Source: Planctomycetota bacterium
GTDB taxonomy: Bacteria > Planctomycetota > GCA-002687715 > DRQF01
Length of the DNA: 64,000 bases
Direction of reading: 5' to 3'
Assembly: GCA_011369445.1 (NCBI GenBank)
Contig: DRQF01000169.1
Location: forward strand, 1,632 to 65,631
The translations under genes were made by a program, and so were the position numbers. Of the stretch, positions 46,157-54,981 are shown piece by piece (position 1 is the stretch's first letter; each line of letters opens with the position of its first letter). The notes under the pieces are model-generated. The model saw only the letters and a program-made list of their open reading frames with translations, was not told where the DNA came from and did no database searches.

Positions 46157-46296
46157 GGCAGTGATGAGCGGATGAACCGGAGCAACCTCGGGGCTCCGGG
46201 CCCGCCAGGCTAGGCGCGTTCCCGATCCCTGAATCAGCTCCCATGCGCTGTCCCCGGAGGGACGCCGCAGGACAACCCGTCTTCGGAGGATCGACC

Positions 46297-48201
46297 ATGA
46301 AGCACCCTATCATCACCCTCACGTGTCTTCTCCTCGGGGCCATGCTCGTCCTGGGAGACATCGCGACAGCCCAGCGGGGAAGAGTGGGACGCTCCAGCAG
46401 CGTCGGACGTTCGGGGGGAATCAGCCGATCCGGCGGGTTCAGCCGCTCGCGCGGGGGTTCGCGCCCCTCCGTCGGGCGTTCCCGTTCGTTGGGTGGACGG
46501 TCTCGGCCCTCGATCGGACGCTCCCGGCCGTCCGTGGGACGAACTCGGCCGTCTTTCGGTCGTTCTCGGCCGTCCTTCGGCCGTTCGGGGTCCACGCGAT
46601 CCTTGGGCCGGACGCGTTCGCAGGGATTCAGTTCCGGGAGTCTCGGGCGGTCCTTCGGCCGTGGGTCGTCCGGATTCACGCCTCGGTCGAGTCGCTCCGG
46701 GAGCTCCAGAGGATTCGGTAGCGCTTCGGCGGGAAGGCGTCGCACCGCACCGTTTGGCACGAGTCGCAGTCCACGCCTCTACCGGGGGCGCTACTCCCCG
46801 TCGATCTCCAGAAACCCCTCGGTGCGCTCGGGGCGGAGTCCATCACTCTCCCGATCCCGTTCCACCCGACGCTTGGGGGCTTCGTCCATCGCTCGCGGGG
46901 GTTTGGGGCGCGACGGTCTTCGGTCGCCGTCTCCGGATCGCATCGCCGCTCCCAGGCGCTCGCGCGGTTTCGAAGGGTTCTCCGTCAGCGGTCGCAAGAC
47001 AGCCCGCCCTGAGAGTTATCGCAAGGAACTCGCCCGCCGCGTGGGGGGGGCAGCGGGAAAGAGGTTCGAGAAGGGCGGTGCGCTCGGCGACGGGGCCCCG
47101 GGCGTCCCTGGCAATGGGAACAAGGGTCGGGGCATCCCTGGCCTGGGGAACGAGGGGCGCGGTGGACCCGGCATGGGGAAACCCGGAGTCGGTAAGCCGG
47201 GCGCGGGAAAGCCCGGCGTGGGGAAACCCGGAGTCGGGAAGCCAGGCGTGGGAAAGCCTGGAGCGAGGCGTCCTCCCGGCAAGGTCGGACACCTCCACTG
47301 GGGTGACATCGACCACAACACCAAGGTCAACGTCAACATCTTCGTCGGAACCTACGGATACGGCTTCGGTTTCTACTACGGCCACTTCCATCACGGTTGG
47401 TGGCGTCACTACGGCGGCTACCTGGGCTACTATCCCTACTGGTTTTGGAGTTCGTGGTGGTATCCCTATTGGGGCTATGCCTATTACCCCTACTACTGGT
47501 CCTACCTCTACTATCCGGCCTATCGCGTGCACGATGTGTACGTCTATCATGAGCCCTACTACACCACCTCCGGGTACTATGCGGGCGCCGGATTCGATGA
47601 TGACCCGTACTACGACGAGGAGGGCTCGAGCTACTCAGGCGCAGGTGTGTCCCGCGCCGAAGACGCGACGCCTCCGCGGCGACCCGTGGCCACGGACCAC
47701 GCCTTCGCAAAACCATTCGTCGAGGGGGTCGATGCTGGCGGCACCGCGGCGGCGGCGATTCAATTCGGGAATCGCGCCATGGCGCGCAAGGAGTTCCGGC
47801 GGGCCGCCGAGGCCTACCGCCAGGCCTTTCACCTTGATGGGGGCAACGACGCCCTGCGTCGCATGTCGATTGCGCTCTTTGCAGCGAACGATCCCCCCCT
47901 GGCTTCTGCCGCCATGGTCCTGGGCATCGCGGGCGAGAGGAAGGGGATGCTTGACTATGCCGTCCTGATCGACGAGCTGCTTCCTAAGGGCACGTTCGCG
48001 AAGAGTCTCGCCGCCTTGGAACGCTATCTCGTGGACGAGCCCAACGATGAGGCCTCCAACCTCTTGCTGGGCGCCCTCTACGTCGTTTCAGGTCGCGAGT
48101 ATGCGGGCTACATCGTCCTCACCCGACTGAAGGCCGCCGGGTACGAGACCTCGACCGTGGATCTTTTCATCGATCAGGCACGCACCGGGCTCATGAAATG
48201 A
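46297..48201 (+). CDS. Secreted low-complexity protein: Arg/Ser/Gly-rich repeats, GKPGV repeats, Tyr/Trp-rich block, TPR-like C-terminus
   Basis: Internal ATG of ORF 46243..48201 (MKHPIITLTCLLLGAMLVLGDIATAQ, a signal peptide). The reading frame is consistent through all repeat blocks. The C-terminal ~190 aa look like an ordinary helical/TPR-like domain, which argues for real coding. Confidence 0.7.
   Translation: MKHPIITLTCLLLGAMLVLGDIATAQRGRVGRSSSVGRSGGISRSGGFSRSRGGSRPSVGRSRSLGGRSRPSIGRSRPSVGRTRPSFGRSRPSFGRSGSTRSLGRTRSQGFSSGSLGRSFGRGSSGFTPRSSRSGSSRGFGSASAGRRRTAPFGTSRSPRLYRGRYSPSISRNPSVRSGRSPSLSRSRSTRRLGASSIARGGLGRDGLRSPSPDRIAAPRRSRGFEGFSVSGRKTARPESYRKELARRVGGAAGKRFEKGGALGDGAPGVPGNGNKGRGIPGLGNEGRGGPGMGKPGVGKPGAGKPGVGKPGVGKPGVGKPGARRPPGKVGHLHWGDIDHNTKVNVNIFVGTYGYGFGFYYGHFHHGWWRHYGGYLGYYPYWFWSSWWYPYWGYAYYPYYWSYLYYPAYRVHDVYVYHEPYYTTSGYYAGAGFDDDPYYDEEGSSYSGAGVSRAEDATPPRRPVATDHAFAKPFVEGVDAGGTAAAAIQFGNRAMARKEFRRAAEAYRQAFHLDGGNDALRRMSIALFAANDPPLASAAMVLGIAGERKGMLDYAVLIDELLPKGTFAKSLAALERYLVDEPNDEASNLLLGALYVVSGREYAGYIVLTRLKAAGYETSTVDLFIDQARTGLMK
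46477..46602 (+). repeat. In-frame 21-bp tandem repeat (about 6 units) encoding RSRPS(I/V/F)G heptads
   Basis: Units read directly from the sequence are cggtctcggccctcgatcgga, cgctcccggccgtccgtggga, cgaactcggccgtctttcggt and cgttctcggccgtccttcggc, with degenerate flanking units. Confidence 0.8.
47176..47265 (+). repeat. In-frame 15-bp tandem repeat x6 encoding GKPG(V/A)
   Basis: The sequence ggg aaa ccc gga gtc / ggt aag ccg ggc gcg / gga aag ccc ggc gtg / ggg aaa ccc gga gtc / ggg aag cca ggc gtg / gga aag cct gga gcg was read directly. Confidence 0.85.
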
Positions 48202-48207
48202 TGATCA

Positions 48208-48229
48208 CCCCGGCCCTTCCGGGCCGGGG
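48208..48229. terminator. Strong GC hairpin between convergent genes (candidate bidirectional terminator)
   Basis: CCCCGGCCC-ttcc-GGGCCGGGG, a 9-bp all-GC stem. It lies between the stop at 48201 (+) and the stop at 48247 (-). Confidence 0.5.
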
Positions 48230-48246
48230 ACGATTCTGCCTCCACT

Positions 48247-50043
48247 CTACCGGCCAGACATCCAACTTTGGCGGATTCGCAGCTGTTTGGGCGTCGCCCC
48301 TTTCATGGGGCGGATCGTCGCTCGGATCCTCCCGGGCGCGAGCGACACCTCGACGTCTTGAACCTTCTTTCTCCCCTTGAGGGACAGGGTCACGGTGTCG
48401 CCTGGTTGATGGCGGGCGAGAAGAGTCGAGAGATCATAGTCTTTCTTCCCGTCGATGGCGACGATGAGATCCCCTCGTTGGATGCCCTTCTCCCGCAAGG
48501 CCGTGTTGACGAACCGCACGTGAAGGTGTCCCGTAGCGTCCTCCCTGTGAACGAACGGAAGCGCCGGCGGCATCTCGACCCTTGTGAATTCGAGGCCCGC
48601 ATAGGAGAGGATCTCTGCGATGGGCGGGTCCACCGTGCCCCGGACATGGCGTGCGAAGAACTCCGAGAAATCGTAGTTGCTGACGGCCGTGCAGGCCCGC
48701 TCGATGTCGCCCTCCTCGAAACCGATCCATCTCTCCGCGAACCAGCGATTGAGGAATCTCATGACGTCGTCCAGCGACTTCTTGTTGTCGGTTTTCTCCC
48801 GAATCATGAGGTCGATCAAGAGCCCCAGATACTCACCCTTGCCGTAGTAGTCGACGCGTCGGCCCTCCGGTTCGTTCCGGTAACGATGCCAGACGTTTCG
48901 GCTGGCCCAATAGACGGAATGCTCGTGGCTGCGCGGCTTCGACAGCTCCCTCGACATTTTCGAAGCCATGCTCTGAAGGTATTGGTCGAGATCGGTGATG
49001 TTGGCGCGCAGCATGGACAGATCTCCGTAGTAGGAAGTCCACCCCTCGGAGACCCACAGGTTGCCCGTGTAGTTCTCATGCTCGTATTCGAAGGGCCCAA
49101 GGGTCTTCGGGCGGATGCGCTTGACATTCCAGGTGTGGAAGAACTCGTGAGCCGTGATGCTGGCGATCGCCTTGGGGTCGGATCTCAGAGCGGGGCCGGA
49201 TAGGCCGATGCTTGTCGAGTTGAGGTGCTCCAATCCACCACCACCGCCGCCGCCCGTGACGGTGAAGAGGAAGAAGTACTTGAAGAAGGGGTAGCTCCCG
49301 AAAACTCCTCCCTCGGTCTCGACGATGCGCCGTACGACGTCCGTGCAGGCGTCCAGGTCGAAGTCGTAGCTGCCGGTGAGGTCGAAATAGACGCAGGCGA
49401 AGGGGGTCGCGCCCACCCGGAACTCCTTGGTCTTGAAGTGGCCGAGCATGGTGGGGCAGTCGATGAACGTGTCATAGTCCCGAGCCGTGCGAACGAATCG
49501 GTCCTCGGTGGGGATCATCCCGTTGGCGATGTCCCATCCCTCCGGCAGTTCGTACCTACACGTGACCGGCCGGTCCTTGTGTCCGACGACGTACATGTAG
49601 GTGACGGGGCCCTGAATGTGGAGTCCTTCGGGTTTTTTGCTCTGCTGGCCGGGCATGAAGCGGCGACGGCCCGGAGGAACGACGTAGCGAATGCGAACGT
49701 CTCCGATGCCCGCCGTGGAGATGGACCAAGTGGCGTGGTCGATTCGCAGAGCGTCGAGAGCTGCGCCGGTCTGAGCGTTGACGGCCCGGAGTTCCTTCAC
49801 GTTCTTTCCGGCGTTGTGAAGGCGATAGGCTCCGGGCGACCAGTTGGGCATGGCGACGCGGAGGTGATCCGTGTGAACCCGCCCGACGTGGAGCGTGACT
49901 TCCAAGGATCGCAGGTCAGGAAGGACCTTCACGGTGTAGTCGATCACCGGAAGGATGAGATCGTCGCGGTTTTCTTGAGCGACTGCGAATTCGAGGCCAG
50001 ACACCAGCACGAGAGCGCAGAGACAACGGAGAAGGGGTTTCAT
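48247..50043 (-). CDS. M61 family glycyl aminopeptidase with C-terminal PDZ domain
   Basis: ORF 48247..50331. I prefer ATG 50043 (MKPLLRCLCALVLVSGLEFAVAQ), which is preceded by GGAGGAAA. The metal motif HEFFHTWNVKRIRP is present. The C-terminal PDZ-like segment is REKGIQRGDLIVAIDGK. Confidence 0.85.
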   Translation of the reverse strand: MKPLLRCLCALVLVSGLEFAVAQENRDDLILPVIDYTVKVLPDLRSLEVTLHVGRVHTDHLRVAMPNWSPGAYRLHNAGKNVKELRAVNAQTGAALDALRIDHATWSISTAGIGDVRIRYVVPPGRRRFMPGQQSKKPEGLHIQGPVTYMYVVGHKDRPVTCRYELPEGWDIANGMIPTEDRFVRTARDYDTFIDCPTMLGHFKTKEFRVGATPFACVYFDLTGSYDFDLDACTDVVRRIVETEGGVFGSYPFFKYFFLFTVTGGGGGGGLEHLNSTSIGLSGPALRSDPKAIASITAHEFFHTWNVKRIRPKTLGPFEYEHENYTGNLWVSEGWTSYYGDLSMLRANITDLDQYLQSMASKMSRELSKPRSHEHSVYWASRNVWHRYRNEPEGRRVDYYGKGEYLGLLIDLMIREKTDNKKSLDDVMRFLNRWFAERWIGFEEGDIERACTAVSNYDFSEFFARHVRGTVDPPIAEILSYAGLEFTRVEMPPALPFVHREDATGHLHVRFVNTALREKGIQRGDLIVAIDGKKDYDLSTLLARHQPGDTVTLSLKGRKKVQDVEVSLAPGRIRATIRPMKGATPKQLRIRQSWMSGR

Positions 50044-50161
50044 GGGCGGGTTTCCTCCAATTTGAGCACCGAAGGAGCTGACGGTTCGCTTGGTGCGGTC
50101 TTTCGCCTTCGCCGTTTGTGTCGATGAGTCCCGGGCAGATGTCGAGGGATGATGTCTGTCT

Positions 50162-53100
50162 TCAGCGTCCTCGCGGAAAGGTGGGGGCGATCGTGCGGGT
50201 CTGCCAGGTGTCCATCCACGGAGCGGTCTCGAGAACGTGCTTGGGGGGGTAGCCGCCCATGCGGTGGTAGGGGAGAGGAGCCACGGTGTCCGGCGCCGCC
50301 GTGAGCGGATCCATGTCCTTGCACCAGCCATCCGTCAAGAGGAAGTAGGTGCGCCGGGTCCCAGGAGGAATGGGAGGAAGGCGTCGAGCCTGCACTTCGA
50401 GAACGATTTCCTCGCCGTGATTCATCACGACGTAGCGATCGTCGACATGGGAAAGCAGTTCCCTGACGTCTCCGTAGCGGGTGTATCGCCCTCCCATCGT
50501 CTTCCAGGAAAGCGCTGGCAGAATGTCATCGTAGTCGTAGATCTCCGGTTTTCTTCCCTCGGGGAGGACTTCTCGGGGATACCCCAAGAATCGCAGCTCG
50601 GCGCGATCGAAACCGAGTTGCGTGGATCGGACGATGGCGCTGGGATCTTCCCATGCCAGTCTCACGCGATCCACATGGACTTCCAGGTTGGTGCGCAGGC
50701 GGATCTGTTCGAATTCCCCCGATGCGAGGGCGGTCACGTCAAGCGCCATCGACCGCGTCATTCCTCCGGGGTAGCCCACGTTTTCGAGAACTGTTTCCCA
50801 CATGCCGGTGGGCGAGGTCTTGCGGTCGACGCTGAGGGCTTGCGCCTCCACGCCGGCTTGCCACGCCGCAAAGTTGATGTGGGAGTAGGGATACTCGACC
50901 CAACCGTCGAGGATGAGCCAAAGGTGCGCGTCGGCGTTCGGACGAGCGGCAAGGATTTCCTTACTGTCGAATCGGAGAGCGATGCGTTGCTCTCTGGCCA
51001 AGTAGCCCAAGAAGCGTCGATCCACCTCCATGCCCTTCACGAAGCGACGGTCCTCGTGGAGTAGGTCCTCGAGGACGTCGTCGCCTTTGGCATTGCGCGC
51101 TTCTTCGGGAAGGAAAGGCCTGCGCAGGGCGAGGGGACGGCCGGTCGGGAAGGGGGCTGATGTCCCCAGCCGTTCGTCACAGTAGACCTCGACGTCTTCG
51201 GAATGGTCGACGGCGAGAAGCGAGAGAGCGTCCAGATAGGTGATCTCCTCCATCGGCTCCACGACGCGCAATTCGAGCAACCCCTCCCGCACGGGGAGGG
51301 ATCCGATTCTTACGGTCTCGGTTTCGTCCGGAGGGGCGTAGGAGCCGGGGCCCACCAGGAAACCGAGACCGCCAACACCCAGGAAGTCCGTGACGAACTC
51401 GAATCCCGAACCGTCAGAGCGGGCTTTGAAAAGGACGGGGCAGGAGGACGCTTTTCGATTGATCTCTTCATAGACGTGGAGGCGATCAGCCTTGAAGTCG
51501 ATCTCGCTTTGAAGGACGAGATCTGGCCAGAGGACGCGGACCGCGTCGGCGTTCGTGTAGGTTCCCAATCCGATGTGAAGGGGGGCTGAGATGGAGGTAT
51601 TCGGCCCCGATACCGTCGACGAGAAGGCATGAACCCCCCGGTTGCCGGCCATCACCTCCACCGAGGCTCCCATCCCATGAGTGTTGGACCACATCTCCGC
51701 CAGCGACAGTTCTCGCTTCCCCTTGAGCGAGAGTTCCAACCAGTGGAGGGGGCTTTGGCTCGTGTTGATGAACTCGACAATTCGACCCGATGAGTCGGCC
51801 GCGAGAAGGTCCAGCAGTCCGTCTCCGTTACGATCATGGATGGCGACGGCCCGAGCGTGAAGGTTCTTGGCCAAGATGCCAGGTCTGGCCCAAGCCTCGC
51901 CGCTGTCTTGCCTCACCGCGACCAGATCGCCCGATTCCAGGTCGGAGAAGACCAGGTCGGGATCGCCGTCGTTGTCGAGGTCGCCCGACCAAACGAGGGC
52001 GGGTCGTCCGATCATGTCGGTGCGGCGCCTTGCGGCGTTCGGGAAGCCATTCCAGACCGCGACCGCGGAATTCCCCGTGGAGCGACTCAGGAGGACGTCC
52101 GGTGTCCCGTCCTGGTCGATGTCCGTGACACATGCACCGGAGGCTCCCCCGGCGTCATCCCATCCCAGTTCCGGGGGAGCGGGATGATAGATCCACAACC
52201 GATCGTTCAGGAGAAGACGATCCTCGCTCCCGTCGTTTTGGAGCAACACATCGACGTCACCGTCGCCATCGACGTCGAAGACCGCCAATCCCACCGTGTG
52301 CTGCGCCGCGCCGCGCAAGCCCGTGCGTTCTCCAATATCGGTGAACGGGGGCTCGTCACCCGACTTTCGGTTCTTCTCATAGATCGTCGGCCGATTGTTG
52401 TTGTAGAGAAAGTTCGGAGCGCCCTCGAAATCGGCGGGGTAGGACAGGTCCTTTCCGGCCGGTGAACCGGCCGCGGGAAGAGTGAGCTCGTTGGCGACCA
52501 GGATGTCGAGGTCGCCGTCATGGTCGGCATCCACGAACTGGGCGGAGCGAGTCAGAGCATCGCCGCCTCCAAACTCGGAGGTGAACTGGAAGACGCCCTT
52601 GCCGTCGTTGAGGCCCAGCAGGTTTCGTCCGGCGCCGTAGATGTACAGGTCGAGGTCATGGTCATGGTCCACATCTCCCATGACGGCGCCCAGAGCGATC
52701 AGATCTCCGCCGGCGGCGGCGAGCCCCGACGCTTCCGTGACGTCCTTCAGTTCGTCGTCTTGGGCGAGAAGAATCCGCCCGGCCCCTCGACCATCGCTCG
52801 AGAACAGGTCGAGGTCTCCGTCGCCGTCGATATCGCCAAGTGCGATGCCACCGGAGAGAGCAGGAGCAACTTGGCTCGTGAGAAACCCACGCACGTCGTC
52901 GCCTTTCGAGCACTGGAGGGCGTCGGGCCACGTTTTCGCCGGGGAGACCGCTTTCGCAAGTTCCTTGGATCGAAAGGTCAGTGGTACGGGGGGAGGCCCC
53001 GATTTCGGTTTCGATCCGTCAAAGTGGTCCATGCTCCGAATCACTTCGGACAGGCGGCCCATCTGGTTGTAGACGACCGCGAAAGTCTTGCCCATGGACG

Positions 53101-53764
53101 GCTTCGCATTCTGGTAGAGCGCAAACAAGCGGTTGGCCTCCTTGGCTTCCACCGGTCGCTTCAGTCGTCGCAGGGAGAGAGCCAAGGTGTTCCACGCGCC
53201 GATGAAATGGGGTTCGAGCTTGACGGCCGTGCGCAGCAGCTGGACGGCCTCCTTCAACTGGGGCGGCCTCTTCTCGAACAGGACCTTTCCCAGCCGATAG
53301 CAGCAGTCCGGATCCGTGGGAGCCAACTCCCAGGCCCTTCGAAAGCTCTTCTCGACAAGGCTTCGTTCCTCGCCCAGGTAGTCGAAAAGGATGCCCAGCG
53401 TGAAATGGGCTCGGGCCATATCGGGGTGCTCGCCGGCCAATTCCTCCAGCAATGAGCGACACTGCGCAAGCTGCTTGGCGCGCGCCGCGTCGTCCGTCGT
53501 TTGGGCGTTGAGCAGGGCCACCGCCAGGTTGAAGCGGGCCGTCGTCGATTTCGGTGCGCCTGCCTTCAATCGAATGAAGAGGGGGAGAGCTTCTCCAACC
53601 TTCTGCTGATCCATGAAGGAGACGGCGTGATTGTTCAGAGTCACGGCCTCGTCGAATGTCAAGGGACGTGACTGCCCGCTTTCCTTCGGTTCCGATTCCT
53701 TGGAACAGGCGAAGAAGAGGAGAACAGGGACCAAGACAAGGTAAGCGGATGGGCGGAAAGCCAT
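50162..53764 (-). CDS. CRTAC1-family protein: TPR + FG-GAP/VCBS repeats + ASPIC/UnbV domain + long C-terminal region (putative lipoprotein)
   Basis: 1200 aa. The N-terminus is LVLVPVLLFFACSKE, followed by TPR-like helices. Repeated D-x-D-x-DGD-x-D motifs are present (GDIDGDGDLDL, DADHDGDLDIL, DVDGDGDVDVL, DLDNDGDPDLV). The UnbV_ASPIC-like segment is NTHGMGASVEVMAGN...PLHIGLG. Confidence 0.8.
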   Translation of the reverse strand: MAFRPSAYLVLVPVLLFFACSKESEPKESGQSRPLTFDEAVTLNNHAVSFMDQQKVGEALPLFIRLKAGAPKSTTARFNLAVALLNAQTTDDAARAKQLAQCRSLLEELAGEHPDMARAHFTLGILFDYLGEERSLVEKSFRRAWELAPTDPDCCYRLGKVLFEKRPPQLKEAVQLLRTAVKLEPHFIGAWNTLALSLRRLKRPVEAKEANRLFALYQNAKPSMGKTFAVVYNQMGRLSEVIRSMDHFDGSKPKSGPPPVPLTFRSKELAKAVSPAKTWPDALQCSKGDDVRGFLTSQVAPALSGGIALGDIDGDGDLDLFSSDGRGAGRILLAQDDELKDVTEASGLAAAGGDLIALGAVMGDVDHDHDLDLYIYGAGRNLLGLNDGKGVFQFTSEFGGGDALTRSAQFVDADHDGDLDILVANELTLPAAGSPAGKDLSYPADFEGAPNFLYNNNRPTIYEKNRKSGDEPPFTDIGERTGLRGAAQHTVGLAVFDVDGDGDVDVLLQNDGSEDRLLLNDRLWIYHPAPPELGWDDAGGASGACVTDIDQDGTPDVLLSRSTGNSAVAVWNGFPNAARRRTDMIGRPALVWSGDLDNDGDPDLVFSDLESGDLVAVRQDSGEAWARPGILAKNLHARAVAIHDRNGDGLLDLLAADSSGRIVEFINTSQSPLHWLELSLKGKRELSLAEMWSNTHGMGASVEVMAGNRGVHAFSSTVSGPNTSISAPLHIGLGTYTNADAVRVLWPDLVLQSEIDFKADRLHVYEEINRKASSCPVLFKARSDGSGFEFVTDFLGVGGLGFLVGPGSYAPPDETETVRIGSLPVREGLLELRVVEPMEEITYLDALSLLAVDHSEDVEVYCDERLGTSAPFPTGRPLALRRPFLPEEARNAKGDDVLEDLLHEDRRFVKGMEVDRRFLGYLAREQRIALRFDSKEILAARPNADAHLWLILDGWVEYPYSHINFAAWQAGVEAQALSVDRKTSPTGMWETVLENVGYPGGMTRSMALDVTALASGEFEQIRLRTNLEVHVDRVRLAWEDPSAIVRSTQLGFDRAELRFLGYPREVLPEGRKPEIYDYDDILPALSWKTMGGRYTRYGDVRELLSHVDDRYVVMNHGEEIVLEVQARRLPPIPPGTRRTYFLLTDGWCKDMDPLTAAPDTVAPLPYHRMGGYPPKHVLETAPWMDTWQTRTIAPTFPRGR

Positions 53765-54781
53765 TCAGTCCTCCTTTCGACGAGGAGTCATTCGCCGGCG
53801 GGTTTCGTCGATCAGTCGATTCAGGCCTTCGACGGTGCGATCCTCGGGAGTTCCGACTCGTGGGAAGATCGGTGCGCGCTGCCTGGCGTAGAGCTCAGTT
53901 CTGAGGTGGGAGACCATCGCATGTCCTCGTCGCCTTTCTCGTTCTTCTCTCAGCCAGCCGATGTGGACCGGAGCCACGACGATGCGTTCTCCCGGACCGG
54001 GAGTGGCCTCCGCCAGGATTCTGCCGTCGAAGTCCACAGCCTGAGAGCCGCCCGGCCATGAGAACGGAGGGTAGTGGCTTCCGGTCGCCCCCTGGTTGCA
54101 GGCCAGTACGTAGGCTGTGTTCTCGATGGCCCTCGCCCGATTGATCACCGTCCACCAATCCATGGGGGCGGTGGCGCCCCAGGGATCCATGTAAGCGCTG
54201 ATGCGGATCATGACTTCGCATCCTCTGAGCCCCAGTTCTCGACAGACTTCGGGAAAGAGCCAGTCGTAGCAGGTCGCCACGCCCAGACGGCCGAGGGAGG
54301 TCTCGACGACAGGAAACGGGTCGTCCGGATAGTCCTCGATATCATGGGGGCTGGCGTGGACCTCCCAGGGGATCCAGGGGTTCGTCTTCCGGTAGCGAGA
54401 CAGGATGCGGCCCTCATCGGAGATGAGGAGAGTCGTGTTGAAAAGGCAGTCCGGATGATCCGGGTCGCTCTCGATGAAGCTCCCGGTCTGCACGAAGCAT
54501 CCGAGCTCTTTGGCCTTCGCGGCGATCCTTGCCACGTGTTCGTTCTCGACGGGGAGGGCGAGGTGTTCGCGCAATTCCTCGACGGTCCCATAGATGGGCG
54601 CGGACAGACCGAATTCGGGGAAGACCACGAGGCGCACGTCGTGAAAGGGCGCGTATCCGGTGACGGCTCGCTCCAGCAATTCGAGTGTCTTATCGGTGTT
54701 GCGTCTCATGTCGCTTCGTCGAGCCGGATTCGGCTGATCGAGCTGACAGAGAGCGGCATACCAGAGATTGTGGGTCTTCAC
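53765..54781 (-). CDS. Carbon-nitrogen hydrolase (nitrilase superfamily), aliphatic amidase/formamidase-like
   Basis: ORF 53765..54949. I prefer GTG 54781 (VKTHNLWYAALCQ), which is preceded by AGGAG. The E-K-C triad context is VVFPEFG, YRKTNPWIPWE and VATCYDWLFPE. The stop abuts the CRTAC1 gene start. Confidence 0.75.
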   Translation of the reverse strand: MKTHNLWYAALCQLDQPNPARRSDMRRNTDKTLELLERAVTGYAPFHDVRLVVFPEFGLSAPIYGTVEELREHLALPVENEHVARIAAKAKELGCFVQTGSFIESDPDHPDCLFNTTLLISDEGRILSRYRKTNPWIPWEVHASPHDIEDYPDDPFPVVETSLGRLGVATCYDWLFPEVCRELGLRGCEVMIRISAYMDPWGATAPMDWWTVINRARAIENTAYVLACNQGATGSHYPPFSWPGGSQAVDFDGRILAEATPGPGERIVVAPVHIGWLREERERRRGHAMVSHLRTELYARQRAPIFPRVGTPEDRTVEGLNRLIDETRRRMTPRRKED

Positions 54782-54981
54782 CGGTGGACTCCTCGAGATC
54801 GCGTGCGATGGGCCGACGTTTTTCACCGCCCCGGGGGCATGATACAACGGTCCCACCAGGTGCGAGATACGCCCGCCACGGAGGGGCTTGGTCTCACACC
54901 CGGCGGGTCGGCATCGCAACGTCCCGTCGATGGACTTCGACGGGTTCATTCACCAACAGCTTCACCGGAGTGGAGGACGCC

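Noticed and set aside
46035-46760. N-terminal 242-codon extension of the vWA ORF, including ERPKDGRERPKDGRVRPTDGRERPIEGRDRP repeats.
   Set aside because: It is the antisense reading of the 21-bp repeat gene on the plus strand, which has a signal peptide and a normal C-terminal domain. The vWA protein has its own good start (ATG 46034 with an RBS and a signal-like N-terminus).
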